From Ostreococcus lucimarinus (Eukaryota): a stretch of 64,000 nt of DNA. The stretch lies in assembly GCA_000092065.1 (NCBI GenBank), contig CP000598.1; one strand, 5' to 3'. Under the pieces are notes generated by a model. It was not told where the DNA came from and made no database searches. It saw nothing but the letters and a program-made list of their open reading frames with translations. Each line of letters begins with the position of its first letter. Within the stretch, counting starts at the first letter, position 1. Position numbers and translations under genes: made by a program. Shown here in pieces: positions 53,989 to 62,812 of the stretch.

Positions 53989-54469
53989 AGATAGCTGTCC
54001 TTAGCAAGTGATGACTATGTTATACTTCGAAGGTGTGCGGGACAAAATTCGCGACTGCCCTTGAGCGGCACGGAATGAGTTCAACAAGTGAGGCGCGCTG
54101 GCAGGGCGACGGCGCGCGTATACGTGTCGCGTCTCTTCATTTGCCATCATTTTTTATGTACAGTACAAGGGGGCTAGTAGTACTTTAGTAAAGTAATTGT
54201 ACTAATTGTAGTCATGATTGGTCGTTGTGCAGCATTGAGTCATGATTCGTCGTTTTACCCCTCCCAAACGTTGGCGGTATTTAGCCAGATCCGAATGTAC
54301 ACAGTCAGACGGTCGCTCTTGGGTCATGACTTGTCAAATGGGCTCAAAAACTCGCCCCGGCCGTGATCACCACAATGCCCTGACGCTCACTTTTTCGCTC
54401 AAAACGCTATCCTATGCCAAACGATGCCCGCACAACGGAGGACGCAGTCAAACGACTACAAACACTAGC

Positions 54470-55663
54470 ATGGCGTCCGTAGCGTCCGTTATCGCCGCCA
54501 AGCGCGCTGGCTTCATCGGTATGGGTCGTCTGGGATTGTGTACCGCCCTCAAGTTTGAGCAAGCGGGTTGGGATGTCTGTGGGTCTGACGTCTTTCCGTC
54601 GTACGTTGAAAGTATCAACGACAAGAGTCTTCGAAGCAAAGAGCCCGGAGTCGAAGAGGCTTTGCGAAAGAGCACGCGTTTGCGAGCGACTCTGAATCTC
54701 CTTGATGTCCTAGAGCATGCCGATATCGTTTTCATTCTCGTCGCGACTCCAACCAGCGCGGGCGAAGAGGCCTACGACACGACAACTCTGAGCAGGGTCT
54801 TGAGTGATATCGCTAAATTAAGGCCGACAAACAAACACATCGTGATTTGCTGCACAGTGTTGCCTGGTTACATCTCGAACATCGGTAGTTACCTTATCGA
54901 AAGTTGCACTGGATGTAGTTTGAGTTACAATCCAGAGTTCATCGCCCAGGGTGAGATCATGAAGGGCCTCAGTGAACCCGACGTGGTGCTCATAGGGGAA
55001 GGAAGCGAAGAAGCCGGTGATATTCTACAGTTTTTATACGAGACCGCGACGTCCAATGAGCCTCGGATCTGTCGCATGTCTCCGCAAAGCGCTGAGATAA
55101 TGAAACTAAGCGTAAACTGCTTTGTTACCACGAAGATCAGCTTCGCCAATATGATTGGTGACATTGCTGACGCGACGCCTGGTGCAGACAAATTCGACAT
55201 CCTTAGAGCCGTTGGTCAGGATACACGTGTCGGCCACCGGTGCATCCTTCCAGGTTACGGCTTCGGAGGTCCTTGCTTTCCACGTGATAATAGAGCACTC
55301 GGAATGTACGCACGCAAGGTTGGAATCACTCCTTCAATTTGCGACGCGACGGATGAATACAACCGACTTCACGCGGACGCCATGGTAAAGGCTCTTTTGG
55401 AACAAAAACTAGAGCATTATACCATCAGTGATGTTGCTTACAAGCCACAGTGTCCGGTGGATATTATTGAAGAGTCGCAACCACTCGAAGTGGCCAAGAG
55501 ACTTGTTCAAGCAGGCAAGCGAGTCGTTATACGCGATCGACCCGCCATCATCGAGCTCGTACGCCGCGCTTACGGGCGTATGTTTACCTACGGAGCATAC
55601 AAAGTACCTAACGAAGAACCAAATACTTCTGCTGGCAACCCGTTATCAAGCTACGCGAGGTAA
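54470..55663 (+). CDS. UDP-glucose/GDP-mannose 6-dehydrogenase family (UgdH/WecC-like nucleotide-sugar dehydrogenase), about 397 aa.
   Basis: 'GFIGMGRLGLCTALKF' NAD-binding start, 'NPEFIAQGEIMKG', 'GFGGPCFPRDN' catalytic Cys block. Start moved to ATG 54470 (MASVASVIAAKRAGFIGMG) by analogy with the paralogous fragment at 58817. Confidence 0.7.
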   Translation: MASVASVIAAKRAGFIGMGRLGLCTALKFEQAGWDVCGSDVFPSYVESINDKSLRSKEPGVEEALRKSTRLRATLNLLDVLEHADIVFILVATPTSAGEEAYDTTTLSRVLSDIAKLRPTNKHIVICCTVLPGYISNIGSYLIESCTGCSLSYNPEFIAQGEIMKGLSEPDVVLIGEGSEEAGDILQFLYETATSNEPRICRMSPQSAEIMKLSVNCFVTTKISFANMIGDIADATPGADKFDILRAVGQDTRVGHRCILPGYGFGGPCFPRDNRALGMYARKVGITPSICDATDEYNRLHADAMVKALLEQKLEHYTISDVAYKPQCPVDIIEESQPLEVAKRLVQAGKRVVIRDRPAIIELVRRAYGRMFTYGAYKVPNEEPNTSAGNPLSSYAR

Positions 55664-56407
55664 GCTCAACCATGTTCACGTTTCAACGCTGTCACCAACT
55701 CACCGCGTGTCTGATGCGCTGGTGGCCAGATCTTTTGATTTAATATCTATCCATGATATAATCACAGATCTTTCACATCTTAGCCACCGTGCTCGTCGTT
55801 TCCTCGGATCTCGCACGAAGTTGAGATAAATTTCATGTATAAATTACTCACCCTAATATCATACTGCATACACTTTAAGTGCGTCGATAAAGAGCTTTGA
55901 GGTCGTGACAACGGCTGGAATCTACGAACCTGTTTCACGCATCAAAGTCCACCATGCTTTGAACCCTGCGGTTTGTGGCGCGTGATGAGCAAGTAGCAAG
56001 TGCCACCCAAACCTGCGTTCTATGGTGCGCACGAGAGCATCCGGCATAGCCGCGAACCACGGCTCTTTTTTGTATGTGTACGATGTATATGATTTGTATG
56101 TGTATGATTTGTTCGGGCGTTTTTTCCTTCGACTAATTTTGTCATCATCATCGAAACGGAACGTTTAATTCGAGCTCTCCACATTTTAGGGCTAATTTTG
56201 GGAAAAGTGTGACTGTCCATGTATAGACACAACACCAAACTCGATTAAAAAGCTCCTCAAAAAATGTGCGGGAATTGTCTCGAGTGTGTGGCGCTTGCGA
56301 TTGTGGCACGCGTTGAAGCGACTCGCGGTACGGCACGTACGTAGTCTTGAACACGAATATATGTGAATACGATTCACGTTCGAACGCTCTTGGAGTTGCG
56401 CTTCGAC

Positions 56408-57961
56408 ATGCTACTGAAAGTAGCTTGCGATTCCGGTACTATGGCTCGCCGAACGGTCATTCTGTTTGCGGTTGTGGCCGTGTTGCTTTGGAGACTGTTC
56501 TTGTTCGATATTGGTGACAGCAGATTTAAAAGTATCACACCACATCCATCACCGGAGCAAAGACGACAACAAAATCACCGAGCAAGATTTTTAGAGCTCA
56601 CACATAACGAAACCTACAAAACCGCAAATGTCGAAGAGAGGAACGATGAACATTTCAAGATGGAACGATATGAAGAATCACCTGCAAGATTACAAGCGTC
56701 AGCTAATTTGGATACACAGAGCACCCGCGTCTTGGTTTTAAGTTGGCATGGTGGTACCGCGAAAGACACAGCGATGCAACTTCATAACGCTGGAGTTCGT
56801 CGCGAAAATATCGTGTGTGGAGGCATTATTTGGTACGAGAAAGTCCTCGATTCTGCTCCTTGCGTAAGAGATCATGCATTATCTGAGGCTTTGAATCGAT
56901 TGACACAGCGTGTAAGAGGTTTTCCCATGGCTATCGATCCAGCAGACGAGAAATGGTTGGATGATTTCGCAGCTGAGGCTAGCGAGATGCTATCTACGTT
57001 CCATGTGCTCTGGGCGGACTTTCCTACCGCCCTTTGTCTTCTATTAAACAAGATTGCCCCACATAAATTGATAGTACGCACAACGCATCGTTTTGATCAC
57101 CAGGTGGCTCATTCGAAGATAAATCACACGTCATTTGTACGTAAAAGCCTCATGCGCGTTCTACGCGAGGCGCCAATACTTCTTGCTGGGAGCGAGTACG
57201 ATCGGGCATACATGAAGTTCTACACATGTCGTGAACCTGAACGTCTATTCATAACATGGCCAACACAGTATTTGGAGAGTTTGGGCGCATCGCGTACACT
57301 TACGAACGAGTCATGCTTCATCTTGTGGGGGGGGTCGAACAACGAAGGTAGTTCAAGCATATCGATTACATTTGATAGAATACGAGTCCTCGGGCGCACT
57401 ATGGAGTCACAAGTTCCCATGAAAAGTCGCCCAACGAGTTTTGCTCACGCTTCGGAATTTGCAACAGAGCAAGCCGTAGTATATTTCCCATACAGTATGC
57501 CGAGTTCCGCATTTCATGAACTTTACGCGAGTGGTGTCCCCCTTTTCGTGCCATCGTTGACTTTCATGCTCGATGAGTTTTCAAAAAACCGTGGCTATCC
57601 TCACAAAGTAGCTGGTAATGTCCCTTGTGCTTCACCATCTTTTTACGAAAACGCTGAGGCAGTGGAGTTCTGCTGTCTTGACGATACTGGGGTATGTCAT
57701 GATCCAAATTCATGCGATCCTGAAGCGCTGAAACAATGGGTATCATTAGGTGACCTTTACACCACCCCGCATGTGACGTATTTCGACAGTGCCGAGCATG
57801 CTGTGGAACTCATGAGCAACTGGATGAAGCATCCAGACCAACGGGATCGAACGATCGAGGACATGGAGTCACACAACGTTGCTAACCTTCGATGGAATGC
57901 TCGTGTCGTTCAAGCCGCAATTCGTCATGTCAAACAAAGCAGCGCGCTTGAACTGGATTGA
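56408..57961 (+). CDS. Type II membrane protein, possible glycosyltransferase (about 517 aa).
   Basis: Anchor RRTVILFAVVAVLLWRLFLF. Long ORF. Its last 46 codons are duplicated at 61462-61599. Confidence 0.4.
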   Translation: MLLKVACDSGTMARRTVILFAVVAVLLWRLFLFDIGDSRFKSITPHPSPEQRRQQNHRARFLELTHNETYKTANVEERNDEHFKMERYEESPARLQASANLDTQSTRVLVLSWHGGTAKDTAMQLHNAGVRRENIVCGGIIWYEKVLDSAPCVRDHALSEALNRLTQRVRGFPMAIDPADEKWLDDFAAEASEMLSTFHVLWADFPTALCLLLNKIAPHKLIVRTTHRFDHQVAHSKINHTSFVRKSLMRVLREAPILLAGSEYDRAYMKFYTCREPERLFITWPTQYLESLGASRTLTNESCFILWGGSNNEGSSSISITFDRIRVLGRTMESQVPMKSRPTSFAHASEFATEQAVVYFPYSMPSSAFHELYASGVPLFVPSLTFMLDEFSKNRGYPHKVAGNVPCASPSFYENAEAVEFCCLDDTGVCHDPNSCDPEALKQWVSLGDLYTTPHVTYFDSAEHAVELMSNWMKHPDQRDRTIEDMESHNVANLRWNARVVQAAIRHVKQSSALELD

Positions 57962-58094
57962 AAATGCTGGTCGATACAAAGAAGCTGTGGGGGCGATACT
58001 TTGGACATCGTATTCAATATCTTACTTGGCGTACCTCGCCATGTAGAGTCTCACGCCTAGCGTATGTACGCGAAGTGAAAATAGATTTGAGTTT

Positions 58095-58817
58095 TCATTT
58101 AGTGTAACTCGATAGCGGGTTTTCCATGGTGGTGTTCGGGATGGGCGCTACTCCCCCTGCCGTAGTATCGCATATTTCGTAATCGAACAACTGCCCGTAC
58201 GTTCCTCGCACTAAGTGAACAATCGCCACCCGGTCGAAAACTGTCACTTTCTTCCCCCGTCGCACGAGTCGTTTCGCGATTTCGAGCAGCTGGGACTCTT
58301 CGATGATATCCACAGGACAATTCGATTCATATGCGACGTAGGATACCTTACACCTATCGAGATCTAGCCAGGTAACACCGTGCCTCAAATCATCAAGTGT
58401 TTGTTCTCGGGGTTCAAGTCGCTAATATCACTCAAAAAACCGACTGAGCGCGCTTGTGTCGTACGCTTGATCTCCAGAGTCAGTGGGCGTGGCGACGAGG
58501 ATGAAGACCATATCGACGCGATCGATCACTTCACGCAGCTTTAAAGTTGCGCGCAGATGTTTGCTCGATCGAAGCGCTTCCTCGACTCTTGGCTCAGTCA
58601 AACGAAGCGTGATTTCGTTGATGCTGTCCACGTGCGCCGGAAAGACATCCGAACCAACGATATCCCAATCAGCTTGTTCACACTTGAGAGCCGTACATAG
58701 TCCGAGTCGGCCCAGACCGACGAATCTGGCGCGCGTTGTTTGCAAGATCGATCGAGTGGTAGCCATCTTCGCTCTGCGACGTTGCAACGTCAGAGACGGC
58801 GACTGGCCCAAGATCAC
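58095..58817 (-). pseudogene. Internally deleted paralog of the nucleotide-sugar dehydrogenase. N-terminal about 110 aa (58428..58817) and C-terminal about 80 aa (58095..58388) are recognisable; the central catalytic region is missing.
   Basis: 'MATTRSILQTTRARFVGLGRLGLCTALKCEQADWDIVGSDVFPAHVDSIN' and '...CPVDIIEESQLLEIAKRLVRRGKKVTVFDR...ENPLSSYTK*' align to the ends of 54470..55663. Confidence 0.6.
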
Positions 58818-59560
58818 TCCACTCTCTTAAAGCATGTCTCTTTCTGGACTTTATTATCCCTGGTACTTTGTTAGGTATATGTCGTAGGAACGCAACCGCG
58901 GACCACAGCCTCGGTGTTGACTCACCACTGCTTTCCTCTGCGTCGAAACTACCGCAACAACGCTCTTGACACGCGCACTAACATTAAGTACACCGGTCGT
59001 GAGCGACGCCATGCGCGAGTCGAATGAGTTCGTGAAAACGTTTTACGATGATCGCCCTTGTAACATTCGGCTCGAAGGAATACTTTGAAGAAGTGACGCG
59101 GCGTAAATATTTCGTCGAGAACCACACTTTGGCATTCGCAAGTCTCGACGCGTACGAAAACAATCTGTTCTCGAGGTTGGTTGCGGTATAGGGACCGCGA
59201 CACAAAGTTTTACTGAAGCTGGCGCGGTTTACACAGGCATCGACGTTTCCTTGCGAAGTGTAGAACTCGCTGAGAAGCGACTCAAACTGTTCAAACTCAA
59301 TGGTGAGGTGCGCGTTGCAGATATACAGACCGATGAATTCATGCACGACCATTTTGATCCTCTTTTTAGTTTCGGAGTTCTGCATCACATCGCCGATGTA
59401 CAACCCGCCGTGAAGGATATTTCATGACTCTCAAACCGGGAGGCGAGTGCAAGCTGATGATGTACGCAAATAATTCTTGGAAAAAAACTTGGAAAAAGAC
59501 TTTCGTCGACTCGGGATTGGACCAATTTGAACCACAATCTGGAGTTCCAATCACTCACAC

Positions 59561-60750
59561 TTACAAAGCCAGTGTCGTGCAATCATCAAGCTCGTTTGTG
59601 AAATCAAACTCGAGCGATCGTCGTCGACCGTCCGCGCTCGCCGAAGGGTGCGGGCGCAACGCAGGTGAGAATTCGCCCCAGTAGGCGCTCAAGTCGTTAT
59701 TCGAGTACCAACGCACGGTTTCCGCGAGACCGACGTCCCAGGACTTTTCTTGTCGCCATCCGAGCGCTAAAAGCTTTGAGCAATCGATGAAATATCTTCG
59801 GTCGTTGAAGGCTCGATCGCTCACGTGCTCGATGGTCGTTTCCGGGTCGCGATCGAGGAGCTTACAGACATCCCGAGCGACGGACAAGATCGTCCGCTCT
59901 TCGCGCGAGCCGATGTTATAAATCTGCGCCGTCGTCCCGCGGTGGAGAATGACATCGAACGCCGAAGACGCATCGTCAACGTGCATGTACGAACGCGTCG
60001 CGTCGCCGTCGCCGTGTATCGAAATCTTTTCCCCGCGTTTCGCGAGGATTGAAAACTTTGGAATCGCCTTCTCTGGATACTGATTCGGCCCATACACGTT
60101 GTTTCCGCGAGTGATGATGTACGGTAGTCCGTACGAGCGTCCATACGCCATGACGAGCATCTCCGCGCCCGCCTTGGTCGCGGCGTACGGGTTGGTGGGC
60201 GTCAGGAGCGACGCGTGCTCGGTGTTTGAATCCATGAGATTTTCCCCGTATACCTCATCCGTGGACACGTGCAGGAATCGTCGAATTTCGGTCTTCTGCG
60301 CTCGCACGCACGCCTCGAGTAACGCGTGCGTGCCCTCGATGTTATTCTTCGTGAACTCGTACGAGTTCCCGAAAGAGTTGTCCACGTGACTCTGCGCGGC
60401 GAAGTGCATGACGGTGTCGATGCGCTCGCTTTGCAAGACGTAACTCAATAAATCGAACGAACGCACATCGCCCTTGACGAACCGCACGTTCGCGCATTCT
60501 TTCGCGCGCTCGAGATTTTTCAAGCTCGAGCAATAGTCGAGCTTGTCCAGGATGACAATCTGTCGAGCGCGACGAGTCGTTCGCGGTCAGTCGTTCGCGC
60601 GAGAGATGGGTGCAAAGTCCGTGCGTTGTTCGACGCACGCGCACGGGGTCGAAATCGTGCGCGCACCGTGTACTCGGGATGCCTCGACGCGAGGCGCTCG
60701 GCGACGTGCGAGCCGATGAAGCCGGCGCCACCGGTGAGAAGGATGCGCAT
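59561..60750 (-). CDS. dTDP-glucose 4,6-dehydratase (RmlB) / UDP-glucose 4,6-dehydratase family, two exons. Exon 1 is 60667..60750 (MRILLTGGAGFIGSHVAERLASRHPEYT), intron 60560..60666 (GTGCGC...ACAG, 107 nt), exon 2 is 59561..60559 (IVILDKLDYCSSLKNL...).
   Basis: Exon 1 contains the GGAGFIGS Rossmann motif. Exon 2 has 'HFAAQSHVDNSF' and 'YAATKAGAEMLVMAY' (catalytic YxxxK). Joining the exons restores the expected 'Y.V..LDKLDY' continuity in frame. Confidence 0.7.
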
Positions 60751-61239
60751 GCGGGCGGACGGGCGTCTCGGTCGAGCGCGTCTAGATTTTCGCAGATTAT
60801 CTCGACGACATGCTCGCGAATACCGCGCGCGCCTCGAGGGCGTTCGCGAGTGCTGCGCGCGATGTCCACGCGACGCCGCGCCTTTTGACGCCACTCGCAC
60901 CGGCGCGCAGAAAACGAACGGCGGTTCGGCGGGGCGCGAAAGTGATTACTCCTTCGGGGGTAACCTAGGCGAGCTTCCCGTATTCATGTACAAATTACTC
61001 ACCCATATATCATACCTGGTATTGATCCGACACGCGTCAGAGATAACGGGGAGAATAAAACCACAGAAATTCATGTACACGCGGCACTTCGACAAAGTCT
61101 TTCGATCGTTAAAGCACTGGTGACCCCTCTACCCTCCACGTTCTGTCAGAGGCTAGTTCTGTGAGTCTCTCAGTCTGTATTCTTTTACACCGAAGGTCGC
61201 TCCGAGGACGAAACTATCTTGTGTTTATTTTTGGATCTG

Positions 61240-61830
61240 GTCTACTGCATACACTTTAAGTGCGCCGATAAAGAGCTTTGACTTCGTGACAACGGCTGTC
61301 ATCTACGAACCTGTTTCACGCATCAAAGTCCACCATGCTTTGAATCCTGTGGCTTGTGGCACGTGATGAGCAAGTGCCACCCGAACCTGCGTTCTATGGT
61401 GCGCACGAGAGCGTCCGCACGAGAGCATCCGGCATGGCCGCGAACCACGGCTCTTTTCTGGATGAAGCATCCAGACCAACGGGATCGAACGATCGAGGAC
61501 ATGGAGTCACACAACGTCGCTAACCTTCGATGGAATGTTCGTGTCGTTCAAGCCGCAATTCGTCACGTCAAACAAAGCAGCGCGCTTGAACTGGATTGAA
61601 AATGCTGGTCGATACAAAGAAGCTGTGGGGACGATACTTTGGACATCGTATTCAATATCTTACTTAGCGTACCTCGCCGTGTAGAGTCTCACGCCTAGCG
61701 TACGTACGCGAAGTGAAAATAGATTTGAGTTTTCATTTAGTGTAACTCGATAGCGGGTTTCCCATGGTGGTGTTCGGGATGGGCGCTACTCCCCCTGCCG
61801 TAGCATCGCATATTTCGTAATCGAAAAGTT
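61240..61830 (+). repeat. Composite duplicate: 61240-61460 copies 55860-56070, and 61462-61830 copies 57822-58190. Carries a truncated 3' fragment (61462..61599) of the 56408..57961 gene, a pseudogene remnant.
   Basis: Direct alignment. ORF 61354..61599 ends with the same 'WMKHPDQRDRTIEDMESHNVANLRWN.RVVQAAIRHVKQSSALELD*' as 56408..57961. Confidence 0.75.
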
Positions 61831-61841
61831 AACGTGCCCAT

Positions 61842-61925
61842 CGAGTACTAATCAATGATAGCTACTTGTAATCATCATCACTTATTGACGCAGGCCCGAT
61901 TGATCGCATAGTATTAGGTATAGCT
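61842..61925. repeat. Inverted partner of the 85-bp element at 45781-45865.
   Basis: The reverse complement aligns at about 90% identity. Confidence 0.65.
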
Positions 61926-62812
61926 CGCATTTCGAAAATAATGTATGAGGGTAAAATAATGAATTTAATTAACGTCGACGTTTGTCGCGCCGTCGCGCGC
62001 CACTTCGCGCCGCGCGCGCGTCCGGGCGGCGCGGAGTCAACCGATGTTTCCGCGTATCGTGATATCCGACCGTTTAAGTTTGAATTCTGTGCGTGGGTGT
62101 TGACGGAACACGACCGTTGGAGCTCGATGGGCACGTTAACTTTTGGGCCAGATTCTGTCGCGTATGACGCACCCTCGCGCGCGCCGAAGCGCGTCTCCGA
62201 CCGTGTCGACGGCACGGAAAGGTTGTAAGAAGGCTTCTCAGCGATCTTCAGCCTCGCTGGGAGGAGCAGAGGCAACGACGGCTCCCGCTTGCGACGACGA
62301 AGACTGGCGCGCTCAAGTGGCCAAAGATGCTCGTGAGGTTGCCGTTTCTTTGCTCGCGAACAAACGTCGCCGGGAGGTTTCTGTTTCTGATACTATACTA
62401 TACTTAGGGCTAGCTCATTCAGGCGATGTGAAACGTCCGTGACGACGCGCTCATACGTAAATTCTTGCATGAATGCGCGAGCATTTGCTGTGATTTCACG
62501 CAACCTCGTTAGCGATTCGCCATCGGTGTTCGCCACAATCTTCGTTTTCTCAGCCAAATCGTGCAAATCTTCGGATATTCCGATGAAGTGTATCACATCT
62601 ACTAGCTTGTCGCTGTAAGTGATCGATTTCTAAAAAAGTTGCACGAGGTAAAAACACCCCGGCGGAGTCCTCACCCTTTACCCATACTCTTGAGTCATGA
62701 ACGGCCAAAACCGAGCTAAATTTAGCGAAGCCCGGGCGAACCACGATTCATTCCTCCGTGAAGGACGTCCGCGTGCCCGAAGATTCCGACGCCAGCATAC
62801 ATCGCGGAGTTG

